Below are positions 10,231-20,028 of a stretch of 64,000 nucleotides of DNA, one piece after another. Both the position numbers and the translations under genes were made by a program. Under the pieces are notes generated by a model that saw nothing but the letters and a program-made list of their open reading frames with translations, was not told the origin of the DNA and searched no databases. Position 1 is the stretch's first letter, and every line of letters starts with the position of its first letter. The DNA comes from Candidatus Deferrimicrobiaceae bacterium (GTDB taxonomy: Bacteria > Desulfobacterota > Deferrimicrobia > Deferrimicrobiales > Deferrimicrobiaceae): contig CAWBVY010000001.1 of assembly GCA_963792415.1 (NCBI GenBank), forward strand, positions 160,001 to 224,000, written 5' to 3'.

Positions 10231-11944
10231 CGCCCTTCGCCTCGCCCTTCGCCTCACCCTTCGCCTCACCCTTCGCCTCTCCCTTCCCTGCGGACGCCGC
10301 CGGGAGGAAGACCGAGAAGGCGCACCCCTTGCCGGGCGCCTGGCGAACCTCGATGAACCCCTTGTGCTGGTGAACGATCCGCTGGGAGATGGAGAGACCG
10401 AGCCCCGTCCCCCCTTCCTTGGTCGTAAAGAACGGGTTGAAGATCTTTTCAACGGTCCCCGGTGCGATCCCGGCCCCGGTGTCGACCACCGTCACGACGA
10501 CGTACCGGGATCCGTGGCGGATCTGTTCGAAGCCGTCGATCATCACCTGTCCCCCCGCAGGGGCGGCCTGCACCGCGTTGCGGACGAGATTCCAGGTCAC
10601 CTGCTTCAACTGCTCGCCGTCCCCCTCCACCATGAGGGCCTTCAGCGGAGCGAGCTGGACCTCCACGCCTTTTCCCCGTGCCTCCCCCGCGCAAACCGCC
10701 TCGGCGACGTCCCGCAGCAGCGCCGCCACATCAAGGAGCATCGTGTTCCTTTGAGAGGGACCGGTGTAGGCGAGGAAGTCGGTGATGAGGCCGTTCAGCC
10801 GCTGGCTTTCCCTCCCGATGATGTCGAGGAGGGTCGCCGATTCGCCGGTGGAGGCGACCGACTCCCGGAGCAGCTGGGAAGATCCGGCGATCGACGCGAG
10901 GGGATTCCGGATCTCGTGCGCGAGCCCCGCGGCGAGCTCCCCCACGCCGGCCAGGCGATCCGCGATCCGTACGCGCTCTTCCATCTGCCGGATGGGGGTC
11001 AGGTCCTGGAAGATCACCACGCGACCGGTCGAGCGCCCCTCCGCATCCTTCATCGGAGAGGTCGAGAACCCGAGAAAGACCTCGATCCCGTCGGCCCGCA
11101 GAAACCGGATCTCGGCGCGCGGAACACGGGAATCGTCCCTGCCCTCTCTCGACTCCCACCCCTCGATCCCGGCGAGGACCTGCCCCATCGGCTTCCCCAC
11201 CGTATTCTCCCGGGTCCTGCCGAGAATGGCGCATGCCGTGTCGTTCACCAGGTTCACTTTTCCCTGCGTGTCGATCGTGAGGAGGCCGGACGGGATGTTG
11301 TCGACCACGTGCTTGTGGAAACTCTCCAGTTTCAGGATCATGTCGTCCCGGTCGCGGACTTGCTCCGTTCCTTTCCGGATCTCCTCGCCGAGGAATCCGG
11401 AAAGGACCCCCGTGAGGAGGAATGCCGTGGAGTGCGTCACCGCCGAGCGGGCGAACTGGGGAAACGGGATGTTCGTCGCATCGAACCCGGGGGGCAGGAG
11501 AATGCCGCGCATCTGAAGGTATAAGAGGACCGTGTACGTCGCGGAGGAGAGGAGCGCCCAGCCCACCGCCCCGCGCAGGTACCGCTCGAGGCTCCCGAGG
11601 AGGATCACGATCACGAACATGAAGGAGAAGACGCTGTCGAACAGGCCCGTCGCGAAAACGATGATGGAGATGAACGCGACATCCGCGACGGCCTGGAGGA
11701 AGACGGCGTACGTCGGGAGATCGACGCTTCCCCACGCGGCGTACCGGAGAAGAAGCCAGCCGTAGGAGAGGAGGACGGCGAAGTACAGAAACTGGAATTC
11801 GCCCGTGAGCAGCAGCTCCGGCGAGCGGATCTGCACGGAAACCACGGACGCCAGCAGGGCGAACGTGATCCCGGTTCGGATCAGGAGAAGGTTTCTCCCA
11901 CCCGCCCGCTTCCCCTCGGTCCCTTCCCCCGGGTCACGGGCCAA
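10223..11944 (-). CDS. pilS: PilS-like membrane PAS histidine kinase
   Basis: Several N-terminal TM helices, PAS, LAHEIRNPL H-box, N/G1/F/G2 boxes; directly after pilC. Confidence 0.8.
   Translation of the reverse strand: MARDPGEGTEGKRAGGRNLLLIRTGITFALLASVVSVQIRSPELLLTGEFQFLYFAVLLSYGWLLLRYAAWGSVDLPTYAVFLQAVADVAFISIIVFATGLFDSVFSFMFVIVILLGSLERYLRGAVGWALLSSATYTVLLYLQMRGILLPPGFDATNIPFPQFARSAVTHSTAFLLTGVLSGFLGEEIRKGTEQVRDRDDMILKLESFHKHVVDNIPSGLLTIDTQGKVNLVNDTACAILGRTRENTVGKPMGQVLAGIEGWESREGRDDSRVPRAEIRFLRADGIEVFLGFSTSPMKDAEGRSTGRVVIFQDLTPIRQMEERVRIADRLAGVGELAAGLAHEIRNPLASIAGSSQLLRESVASTGESATLLDIIGRESQRLNGLITDFLAYTGPSQRNTMLLDVAALLRDVAEAVCAGEARGKGVEVQLAPLKALMVEGDGEQLKQVTWNLVRNAVQAAPAGGQVMIDGFEQIRHGSRYVVVTVVDTGAGIAPGTVEKIFNPFFTTKEGGTGLGLSISQRIVHQHKGFIEVRQAPGKGCAFSVFLPAASAGKGEAKGEAKGEAKGEAKGDA
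10230..10285. repeat. 12-bp tandem repeat, ~4.7 copies, encoding (KGEA)n tail of PilS
   Basis: tcgcccttcgcc tcgcccttcgcc tcacccttcgcc tcacccttcgcc tctccctt. Confidence 0.9.
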
Positions 11945-11965
11945 CGGCCTGGGACTGGACAGACC

Positions 11966-13180
11966 CTACCCCCCGACGGCCCCGGCCAGCTTGAACACCG
12001 GCAGGTACATCGCGATGACCAGTCCGCCGATGACCACGCCGAGGAAAACCATGAGCATCGGCTCGAGCAGCGCCGTCATCGCCTCGACGGCCGAGTCGAC
12101 CTCGTCGTCGTAGAAGTCGGCGATCTTGTTCAGCATCGCGTCGAGGGCGCCCGTTGCCTCGCCAACGGCGACCATCTGGGTCACCATCGGCGGGAACACC
12201 TTGCTGTCGGCCAGCGGTTCCGCGATCGTCTTCCCCTCGCTGATGCTCACGCGGGCCTTCAGGATCGCCTCCTCGATGATCTTGTTCCCCGCGGTTTTCG
12301 CCACGATGTCCATGCTCTCGAGGATGGGGACGCCGCTGCTGACCATCGTCCCCAGGGTCCGCGAGAACCGCGCGACCGCGATCCTCTGCAGCAGGGAGCC
12401 GACGACCGGGAGTCGCAGCAGCAGACGGTCGACGTTCCTGCGACCGGTTTCCTGCCGGTAGTACCAGCGGAACGCCACCACGAGCAGGAAGATGAAAACG
12501 ATGACGAGCAGGAAATATTTCCGAGTGAAGTCGCTGAGCGCAAGGACGAACTGCGTGGGACCGGGTAGCGCCTGCCCGAAATCGGAGAACATCTTGGCGA
12601 AGATCGGGATGACGTACACGAGCAGGACGACCGTGACGACGACGGCGACGGCGAGGATCGTGGACGGATAGACCATCGCCCCCTTGATCTTCTTGGCGAG
12701 CTTCATCGCCTTCTCGATGTAATCCGCGAGCCGCGACAGGATCGTGTCGAGCATCCCGCCGACCTCTCCCGCCGCGACGAGGTTGACGAAAAGGGAATCG
12801 AAGACCTTCGGGTGCTTGGAAAGGGCGTCGGCGAAGGTGGAGCCGCTCTCCACGTCCTCCTTGATCTTCAGGATCACCTTCTTGAACGTCGGGTTCTCCT
12901 GCTGCAGGCCGAGGATGTCGAGGCACTGGACAAGCGGCAGACCCGCGTCGATCATGGTGGCGAACTGACGGGTGAAGATGGCCATCTCCTTCCCGCCGAC
13001 CTTCTTCTCCCCCTTCCATGGGAGCCGGATCGCCAGATCCGCGCTTTTCTTGCGGATCTTCAGGGGCTGGATCTGCTCCCGCCGCAGCTGTGCGAGAACG
13101 AACGCCTCGCTCGGGGCTTCCATCTCCCCCGAGACCGCCCCGCCTCCGCGGTTTTTCCCTTCCCAGGCGAATTTCGTCAT
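11966..13180 (-). CDS. pilC: type IV pilus inner-membrane platform protein
   Basis: FTRQFATMIDAGLPL, AGEVGG, GEATGALD; two GspF-type domains. Confidence 0.95.
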   Translation of the reverse strand: MTKFAWEGKNRGGGAVSGEMEAPSEAFVLAQLRREQIQPLKIRKKSADLAIRLPWKGEKKVGGKEMAIFTRQFATMIDAGLPLVQCLDILGLQQENPTFKKVILKIKEDVESGSTFADALSKHPKVFDSLFVNLVAAGEVGGMLDTILSRLADYIEKAMKLAKKIKGAMVYPSTILAVAVVVTVVLLVYVIPIFAKMFSDFGQALPGPTQFVLALSDFTRKYFLLVIVFIFLLVVAFRWYYRQETGRRNVDRLLLRLPVVGSLLQRIAVARFSRTLGTMVSSGVPILESMDIVAKTAGNKIIEEAILKARVSISEGKTIAEPLADSKVFPPMVTQMVAVGEATGALDAMLNKIADFYDDEVDSAVEAMTALLEPMLMVFLGVVIGGLVIAMYLPVFKLAGAVGG

Positions 13181-13211
13181 CGTCTCCTCCGTTCATCCTT
13201 CCGGAACGGGG

Positions 13212-14309
13212 TCAGGCCTTGCGGCCCGGTCCCTGGGGGTGGTTCTGCGCGTTCGTCAGCAGATTGCGGAATTCGTCGGGGTCGGAGCTGCGACCGACCG
13301 CGTCGTCCAGCGTGATCTCCCTGCGCAGGTAGGTCGCGAGCAGCGACTGGTTCATCGTCTGCATCCCGAACTTCGCCTGTCCCACCTGCATCTGGGAGTA
13401 GATCTGATGCACCTTCTCCTCCCGGATCAGGTTCCGGATCGCCGGGTTCGGGATCATGATCTCGAGTGCGAGGGCGCGCCCGCCCCCGCTCGCCTTGGGG
13501 ATGAGGATCTGGGAGACGACCCCCTCGAGGACGAGGGAGAGCTGCGCACGGACCTGCGGCTGCTGGTAGGGAGGGAACACGTCGAGGATCCGGTTGATCG
13601 TCTGGACGCACGAGTTCGTGTGGAGGGTAGCGAACACGAGGTGGCCGGTCTCCGCGACGGTGAGCGCCGCCTCGATCGTTTCCAGGTCCCGCATCTCGCC
13701 GATGAGGACGACGTCGGGGTCCTGCCGAAGGATGTACTTGAGCGCCTTCTTGAACCCCTGCGTGTCGGCGTTGACTTCCCGCTGGTTCACGAGGCATTTC
13801 TTGTGCGGGTGGAGATACTCGATCGGATCCTCGATCGTGATGATATGCTCCTGCCGCTCGTTGTTGATCTTGTCGATCATCGCCGCGAGGGTGGTCGACT
13901 TCCCGGATCCGGTCGGGCCGGTCACCAGAACCAGTCCCCGGGGTTTCTTGCAAAGCTCCTTCAGGTGCGGCGGGAGTCCCAGTTCCTCGAAGGGACGGAC
14001 CCGGAACGGGATGGTCCGGAATGCGCCGGCGACGGCCCCGCGCTGCATGTAGATGTTCGCCCGGAAGCGGGAGAGCCCCTTGACGCCGAAGGAGAGGTCG
14101 AGTTCCCACTCCTCCTCGAACCGCTGCTTCTGGACCTCGGTCAGGATGCTGTAGCAAAGCCGCTTGCTGTCCTGCGGCATGATTGGATCGTGCGGCAGGG
14201 GCATGAGACGGCCGTCCACGCGGATCGTCGGCGCGATCCCCGTCGTGATGTGGAGATCGGACGCCCCCTTCTCGTACATCACGGTGAGAAGCTCCTGCAT
14301 CGTTACCAT
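13212..14309 (-). CDS. pilT: type IV pilus retraction ATPase
   Basis: GPTGSGKSTTLAAMI, TIEDPIEY, ETGHLVFATLHT, AIRNLIRE. Confidence 0.96.
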   Translation of the reverse strand: MVTMQELLTVMYEKGASDLHITTGIAPTIRVDGRLMPLPHDPIMPQDSKRLCYSILTEVQKQRFEEEWELDLSFGVKGLSRFRANIYMQRGAVAGAFRTIPFRVRPFEELGLPPHLKELCKKPRGLVLVTGPTGSGKSTTLAAMIDKINNERQEHIITIEDPIEYLHPHKKCLVNQREVNADTQGFKKALKYILRQDPDVVLIGEMRDLETIEAALTVAETGHLVFATLHTNSCVQTINRILDVFPPYQQPQVRAQLSLVLEGVVSQILIPKASGGGRALALEIMIPNPAIRNLIREEKVHQIYSQMQVGQAKFGMQTMNQSLLATYLRREITLDDAVGRSSDPDEFRNLLTNAQNHPQGPGRKA

Positions 14310-14334
14310 GATCGAAACTCCTCCTCGAACAGGC

Positions 14335-16038
14335 TCAATCCGGCGCGGTCACCCGCAGCACTTCTTCGAGCGTCGTGATCCCCTCCTCCAGCTTCGTGAG
14401 ACCCGACTGGCGGAGCGTCTTCATCCCGAGGCGGACCGCCTCGCGCTGCAGATCGAGCGCCGAGCCGCCCCGCAGGACGAGATCCTTGATCTCCTCCTTG
14501 ATCGGCATCACCTCGTAGAGGGCGACCCGCCCGCGGAACCCGGTCCCGCTGCACTCGTCGCATCCCTTCCCCTTTGCCGGTTTGGCGAGCCGGATCCGCT
14601 CGGGCTTCATCCCGGCGTCCGCGAGCGCCTTCGGGGGGATCGTGATCTCCTCCCTGCATTTCATGCAGACCCGCCGGGCAAGCCGCTGCGCGACGACGAG
14701 GTTCAGCGACGACGACACGAGGAACGGCTCGATCCCCATGTTCAGAAGCCGGGTGACCGTGCTTGGGGCGTCGTTGGTGTGCAGCGTGGAGAGGACCAGG
14801 TGCCCGGTGAGCGCCGCCTTGACGGCGATCTCCGCGGTCTCGTAGTCCCGGATCTCCCCCACCATGATGATGTCTGGGTCCTGCCGCAGGAAGGAGCGCA
14901 GCGCCGCGGCGAAGGTGAGGCCGATCTCCTCCTTCGTCTGGACCTGGTTGATCCCCGCGAAGTTGTACTCCACAGGGTCCTCGGCGCTGCAGATGTTGTC
15001 GGCCACCTTGTTGAGGTCCACGAGGGCGGAGTAAAGGGTCGTCGTCTTCCCGGACCCGGTGGGGCCGGTGACGAGGATCATTCCGAAGGGCCGGTGGATC
15101 GCATCGTTGAAGTCGACCATCTGCGCGGGCTCGAACCCCAGCTTCGTCATGTCGAGCTGCAGGTTCGACTTGTCGAGGAGGCGGAGGACGATCTTCTCCC
15201 CGTAGATCGTCGGGAGGACGGAGACGCGGAAGTCCATCTCCCGTCCCTTCCCGATCTTCATCTTGATGCGGCCGTCCTGGGGGAGGCGCCGCTCGGCGAT
15301 GTCGAGGGAAGCCATGATCTTGAGCCTCGACGACAACGCGCTGCGCAACCGCAGCGGCGGGCGCATCACCTCGAAGAGAACGCCGTCCACACGATAGCGG
15401 ACACGGAACTCCTTCTCGTACGGCTCGATGTGGATGTCGGACGCGCGCCGCTTGATCGCCTCGGTGAGAAGATAGTTCGAAAGCTTCACGACCGGGGCGT
15501 CGTCGACGACCCGGTCAAGGTCGTCGGTGTCGACCTCCTCCTCGCGGATGACCTCGAAGTCCTCGTCGAGCTCGGAGATGATGTCCTTGAATTCCATCGA
15601 CCGGTCGAAGAACTTGTTGATCTCCGCCGTGATCGCGCGCTCCGAGGCAAGGACCAGCTCGACGGAGTACCCCGTCTTGAACCCGATCCCGTCGACGATC
15701 GCCATGTTGGAGGGATCGGCCACCGCGACGATCATCTTCGACCCCACGCGGTTGATCGGAAGCGCGAGGTGCTTCTGGACCATCTCCTCGGGAAGGAGGC
15801 GGACGACGTCGGGGTTGATCTCGTATTGCGAAAGGTCGACGACGGGGAGGTTGAACTGGCGGCCGAGGTACGCGAGGAGTTCCTCTTCCTTGATGAAACC
15901 GGCCTTCACCAGGACGGTTCCGATCCGTTCGTGCGTTTTCTCCTGGGTTTCGAGGGCTCCGCGAAGCTGGTCGGCGGTGATCAGATTCCCTTTCAGGAGC
16001 ATCTCGCCGATCTTGGTGGCCAGTACGGACATGTTCAC
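14335..16038 (-). CDS. pilB: type IV pilus assembly ATPase
   Basis: N-terminal KIGEMLL/RIGTVLV (MshEN-like), GPTGSGKTTTLY, LRQDPD, two CxxC Zn motifs. Confidence 0.96.
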   Translation of the reverse strand: MNMSVLATKIGEMLLKGNLITADQLRGALETQEKTHERIGTVLVKAGFIKEEELLAYLGRQFNLPVVDLSQYEINPDVVRLLPEEMVQKHLALPINRVGSKMIVAVADPSNMAIVDGIGFKTGYSVELVLASERAITAEINKFFDRSMEFKDIISELDEDFEVIREEEVDTDDLDRVVDDAPVVKLSNYLLTEAIKRRASDIHIEPYEKEFRVRYRVDGVLFEVMRPPLRLRSALSSRLKIMASLDIAERRLPQDGRIKMKIGKGREMDFRVSVLPTIYGEKIVLRLLDKSNLQLDMTKLGFEPAQMVDFNDAIHRPFGMILVTGPTGSGKTTTLYSALVDLNKVADNICSAEDPVEYNFAGINQVQTKEEIGLTFAAALRSFLRQDPDIIMVGEIRDYETAEIAVKAALTGHLVLSTLHTNDAPSTVTRLLNMGIEPFLVSSSLNLVVAQRLARRVCMKCREEITIPPKALADAGMKPERIRLAKPAKGKGCDECSGTGFRGRVALYEVMPIKEEIKDLVLRGGSALDLQREAVRLGMKTLRQSGLTKLEEGITTLEEVLRVTAPD

Positions 16039-16075
16039 CCCTGCCTTGGAACGACATTTTTAACGCATAAAGTTA

Positions 16076-16951
16076 TCATAATTTCAAAGCCGTTACCGCC
16101 AGCTTCCGGAACGTTTCCCCCGGGACATCCCGCCCGGTCCAAAGGGAGAAGCTCCGCGCGGCCTGATATGCCAGCATGGGGAGACCTCCCACGGTCTTCA
16201 CCCTCCGCGCCCGGAGCCGCCGGACCAGGTCCGTCCCCCCTGCCCGGTAGACTATATCGGCGAAGCGGGAGGATTTCTGTACATCTTTTATCGGAAAATC
16301 TTCCCACTCCCCCCGGAGGCCGAGGGAGGTGCACTGCACGATGAGATCCGTCCCACGGAATTCCTCCCGGAGGGTCCGGGGGCGGAGATCGCCGGCGGCA
16401 AAGACGACCTCGGGAAACCGCGTGGAAAGGAGACGCGCGACCCGCTCCGCCCTTCGGGGGTGCCGGTTCAGCAGCACGATCTCCCGGGCGTCCGCCCCCG
16501 CGAGGGCAAAGGCGATGCCGCGGGCCGCCCCCCCGGCGCCGAGGAGGACGACGCGGCGGTATCGACGTCCCCATCCCGCCGCCACGAGGGCATCGAGGAA
16601 CCCCTGACCATCCGTGTTCTCGGCATGGAGCTTCCCTTCCCGCACCACCAGGGTGTTCGCCGCGCCGCAGATCTCCACCGCTTCCGAACGGGTGTCCGCC
16701 AGGGCGGCGGCTTCCTCCTTGTAGGGGATCGTGACATTCCCTCCGAGGAAGTTCCCCGCGCGGACGATCCGGAGAAACCGTCGAAGGTGGCCGGGGGGGA
16801 GGTCGATCGGAACGTAGTGGAGAGGAAGGCCCAGCCGGGCGATGACGCCGTTGTGCATCGCGGGGCTGAGGGAATGCGAGATCGGGTGCCCGACCACGAA
16901 GAGGAGGGAATGGGAGGCACCGCCCCTCCCCCCTGAAGCTTGCGGGTTCAA
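16076..16951 (-). CDS. aroE: shikimate dehydrogenase
   Basis: GHPISHSLSPAMHN, NVTIPYKE, NTDG, GAGGAAR; TTG start overlapping HNH stop inferred. Confidence 0.93.
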   Translation of the reverse strand: MNPQASGGRGGASHSLLFVVGHPISHSLSPAMHNGVIARLGLPLHYVPIDLPPGHLRRFLRIVRAGNFLGGNVTIPYKEEAAALADTRSEAVEICGAANTLVVREGKLHAENTDGQGFLDALVAAGWGRRYRRVVLLGAGGAARGIAFALAGADAREIVLLNRHPRRAERVARLLSTRFPEVVFAAGDLRPRTLREEFRGTDLIVQCTSLGLRGEWEDFPIKDVQKSSRFADIVYRAGGTDLVRRLRARRVKTVGGLPMLAYQAARSFSLWTGRDVPGETFRKLAVTALKL

Positions 16952-17544
16952 TCCTTGAGTTCGAGGTTCCAATAGGTGAAGTCGACCACGTTCAGGAACG
17001 GAACCCATTCCCGGTGGATGGGAGTCCGCAGCGAGAATGCGAACTCCGGCGACCAGCGGGGCGCCCTGGGAGCGGAGACCAGCCGCATCCCGGTCTCCTC
17101 GGGGCGATTCCCGCCTTTCCGCTTGTTGCAGGGGATGCAGCTGCAGACGATGTTCTCCCAGTTGGTCTTTCCCCCCTGGGAGCGAGGCACCACGTGGTCC
17201 AGGTTGAGCTCGCTGCTGGGGGACGGCTTCCCGCAATACTGGCACGTATTACGGTCCCGGACGAAGATGTTGCGACGGCTGAACCGGACGTTGCGCCGCG
17301 GAACCCGGTCGTACGCGACGAGGACCACAACGCGGGGGATCCGGATCCCCCTGCCGACGACGCCGATGGCGGGGTCCCCGGCGGCCACCGCGAGAGCGCT
17401 CCACGACGGGTAGTCGAACGTCTCGTACTGTTCGTTGATCGCCCTGGCAAGCCCAGAGTACAGAAGACAGAAGGCCCGCCGCACGTTCGTGACGTGGACC
17501 GGGAAGTAGCCCCGGTTGAGGACGAGGACGCTGGAGTTCAGCAT
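16948..17544 (-). CDS. HNH endonuclease (McrA-like, VLVLN family)
   Basis: VLVLN N-terminus, RD..CQYCG, LDHVVPRSQGG, WENIVCSC..CN..KG. Confidence 0.9.
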   Translation of the reverse strand: MLNSSVLVLNRGYFPVHVTNVRRAFCLLYSGLARAINEQYETFDYPSWSALAVAAGDPAIGVVGRGIRIPRVVVLVAYDRVPRRNVRFSRRNIFVRDRNTCQYCGKPSPSSELNLDHVVPRSQGGKTNWENIVCSCIPCNKRKGGNRPEETGMRLVSAPRAPRWSPEFAFSLRTPIHREWVPFLNVVDFTYWNLELKD

Positions 17545-17557
17545 CGGGCGGCCCCTA

Positions 17558-17720
17558 GTGCACCGTCTCGCAAATATCTTGGCATTCGAGCGCCGCTGCA
17601 TCCGCTCCAGCTTCGTTGCTCAAGTTCGCCGTACTCTCCCGGTACGCCTTCACTTGTGCGCCTTGCTGGCGCGGCGCATCGACGCTCTCGATGCTTCAAG
17701 CTATTTGCGAGACGGTACAC
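17558..17720. mobile_element. ~163-bp palindromic MITE/REP-like element, copy 1
   Basis: Terminal inverted repeats GTGCACCGTCTCGCAAATA...TATTTGCGAGACGGTACAC; long internal hairpin; similar to 20836-20997. Confidence 0.8.
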
Positions 17721-17742
17721 CGGATTCATGGTGGCTCCTACT

Positions 17743-19155
17743 CTACCCATCGTTCGAGGGTCGGTCAATGGCAGACACGGCCGCGGCAAGCTCCGGAACC
17801 TCGTCGTCGCGGACGGTCCTGAGATCGAGGAGCACCTTCCCTCTCCCTACCCGGGCTACCACGCAGGGCGTCCCCCGGCGCAGCCGCTCTTCGAGGACCT
17901 CTTCCGGAATCCGCGGGTGCGTGACGGCTACGAGGGCGGTCGGGAGAACGATTCCGGGAAGGGCGCCGCCGCCGGGAGAGGTCCCGCCCCGCTCGATGGC
18001 GAGGGACAGCCCCCCCCGCGAAGCGCGAATCGCCCGCACGAGGCGGCGCGCCCTGGCGCGCACCCGTTCCTCGGGTTCGAGAAGCATCCGGAGGACGGGA
18101 ACCCGTTCCCGCGCCCGGCGCTCGTCCGCGTAGAGGCGGAGGACCGCGGAGAGCGCGGCGAGGCACATCTTGTCGACCCGGAGCGCCCGGGAGAGCGGGT
18201 GCTTCTTCAGCGGCGCGATCAGGTCTTCCTTCCCGAGGAGGAACCCCGCCTGCGGTCCCCCCAGGAGCTTGTCCCCGCTCGCGGTGACGATCCCGGGGCC
18301 GGCGGCCAGGACCTGCCGCAGGGACACCGCCCCGGGAATGCCGTGCGGCGCGAGATCGATCAGCGCCCCCGATCCCTGGTCCTCCATGACAGGGATCGCC
18401 GCGCGCGCGCCAAGGCGGACGAGGTCGGCGGTGCGGACCTCCTCGGTGAACCCTTGCATGGAGAAGTTGGACGGATGGATCTTGAGCAGGAGCGCGGTCC
18501 GACCCGTGATGGCGTTCTCGTAATCGGAAAGGCGCGTCCGGTTCGTGGTCCCCACCTCCACCAGCCGGGCGCCGCTCTCCGCCATGATGTCGGGGATGCG
18601 GAACGATCCGCCGATCTCGACGAGTTCGCCGCGGCTTACGATCACTTCCCGTCCCCGGGCGTGGCCCGCGAGACAGAGCAGCACCGCGGCGGCGTTGTTG
18701 TTGACGACGTGGGCGCACTCGGCCCCGGTCAGGGCGCGAAGCATCCCCTCGACGTGGGAGAGGCGGGACGATCGCTCCCCCGTCGCGAGGTCGAACTCGA
18801 GGTTCGAGTACCCCCGCGCGGTTTCCAGCACCGCGGCGAGCGCCTCCCCGGGCAACGGCGCGCGACCGAGGTTGGTGTGGACGACGATCCCGGCGGCGTT
18901 GATCACCCGGCGCATCGGGAGGGACTCCCTTGAGGCGATCTCTCCCGGCAGCATCGAGAGGATCCGGTCGGTCCACGCCTCGCGCGAGAGCGGAACCCGT
19001 TCCTCGCCGACGGCGGCGCGGGCGGCTGCGACGACCTCGCGGAGCGCGTCCACCACCACTGCGCGGGGATGGGATCGCAGGAACGCGCGGGCGGCGGCGT
19101 TTCCCAGCAGGGAGGCGACGGACGGGAGAGTGCGGAGTCCTCGGGATTCGGGCAT
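17743..19155 (-). CDS. selA: L-seryl-tRNA(Sec) selenium transferase
   Basis: INAAGIVVHTNLGRAP, VNNNAAAV, SRGELVEIGGSFRIPD, SGDKLLGGPQAG. Confidence 0.96.
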   Translation of the reverse strand: MPESRGLRTLPSVASLLGNAAARAFLRSHPRAVVVDALREVVAAARAAVGEERVPLSREAWTDRILSMLPGEIASRESLPMRRVINAAGIVVHTNLGRAPLPGEALAAVLETARGYSNLEFDLATGERSSRLSHVEGMLRALTGAECAHVVNNNAAAVLLCLAGHARGREVIVSRGELVEIGGSFRIPDIMAESGARLVEVGTTNRTRLSDYENAITGRTALLLKIHPSNFSMQGFTEEVRTADLVRLGARAAIPVMEDQGSGALIDLAPHGIPGAVSLRQVLAAGPGIVTASGDKLLGGPQAGFLLGKEDLIAPLKKHPLSRALRVDKMCLAALSAVLRLYADERRARERVPVLRMLLEPEERVRARARRLVRAIRASRGGLSLAIERGGTSPGGGALPGIVLPTALVAVTHPRIPEEVLEERLRRGTPCVVARVGRGKVLLDLRTVRDDEVPELAAAVSAIDRPSNDG

Positions 19156-19168
19156 CGCCGACGGCGGA

Positions 19169-19834
19169 TCAGGCCTTCGCCAGTTCCTTGAGAAGGATTT
19201 TCTTGCCGTAGAGGGCGTTCTTTTGAACGAGTTTCTCGGCGAGCTCCGGGTCGCGCTTCCGGAACGCGTCGATGATCTCCCAATGCTGCCGGATCGACCC
19301 TTCGATCTTTCCCGGCATGGCGAGGATCAGGCGGAACCGCCGGAACTGCATGACCAGGTTCTGCACGAGCGTGTGGAGCTTCTCGTTCCCGCACGAGCGC
19401 AGGAAGATGTCGTGGAACTCGTTGTGCAGGTCGAGCAGCCGGCGAAGGTCCTTCTTCTCCGACGCGGCCTCGATCTGGCGGTTGACCGTCTCCATCTTCG
19501 TCAGGTCGGACTCCGTGAGAGTCGTGGCCGCGCACCGCGCCGCGTACCCCTCAAGGATCATCTTCAGGTCGTAGAAATCGGCGATGTCGCGCGGCGACAG
19601 GGAGGCGACGATGGCCCCCTTCCGCGGCATCACGGTGATGAAGCCTTCCGACTCCAGCTGACGGAACGCCTCCCGGATCGGCGTCCGGCTGATCCCGAAC
19701 TTGTCGGCCAGTTCCGGTTCGGCGATGCGAGTTCCAGGAGCCAGTTGGCCGTTGACGATGGCGTTTCGGATCGTCTCGACGATCTTTTCGCGGAGGGTCA
19801 TGTGGTTGTCGATCTGGATTTTGAGTTTTTTCAA
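19169..19834 (-). CDS. GntR family (FadR/FCD) transcriptional regulator
   Basis: ELADKFGISRTPIREA wHTH plus FCD-like C-terminus with conserved His. Confidence 0.92.
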   Translation of the reverse strand: MKKLKIQIDNHMTLREKIVETIRNAIVNGQLAPGTRIAEPELADKFGISRTPIREAFRQLESEGFITVMPRKGAIVASLSPRDIADFYDLKMILEGYAARCAATTLTESDLTKMETVNRQIEAASEKKDLRRLLDLHNEFHDIFLRSCGNEKLHTLVQNLVMQFRRFRLILAMPGKIEGSIRQHWEIIDAFRKRDPELAEKLVQKNALYGKKILLKELAKA

Positions 19835-19864
19835 TTAGTTACCCCTGTTCCGAAAAATAACGGC

Positions 19865-19898
19865 ATTTTATGTATACAGTAGACAAAAAAAATGTCAA
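19865..19898 (-). promoter_or_regulatory. sigma70-type promoter with overlapping GntR-type operator
   Basis: Minus strand TTGACA-16 nt-TATACA; palindrome TGTATACA (19871-19878) plus TGTCTAC half-site, resembling GntR-family boxes. Confidence 0.55.
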
Positions 19899-20028
19899 TC
19901 CCGAAAATTTCGCCGGAAATTGGACAGCCCACCCCTCTCGGAGGTGCGACGGAGGGCGTTCCCTTGCGCCGGACACCTTGATGCGTTAGTTTCGTTTCTT
20001 TTCCGAAAACTCCTCCGGGAGGAATGCC

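Noticed and set aside
10230-10285. CRISPR-like array
   Set aside because: Contiguous 12-bp coding tandem repeat with no spacers; no cas genes in the window.
352-16344. Many long opposite-strand or alternate-frame ORFs (e.g. 352-1578+, 5631-7796+, 7756-10356+, 14164-16344+)
   Set aside because: Shadow ORFs typical of high-GC DNA; they overlap well-identified genes and have no recognisable motifs.
16948-17720. HNH gene plus adjacent structured element as an IscB/HEARO-type RNA-guided system
   Set aside because: The protein is a short stand-alone McrA-like HNH with no RuvC or PLMP motifs, and the element also occurs at 20836 without a nuclease.
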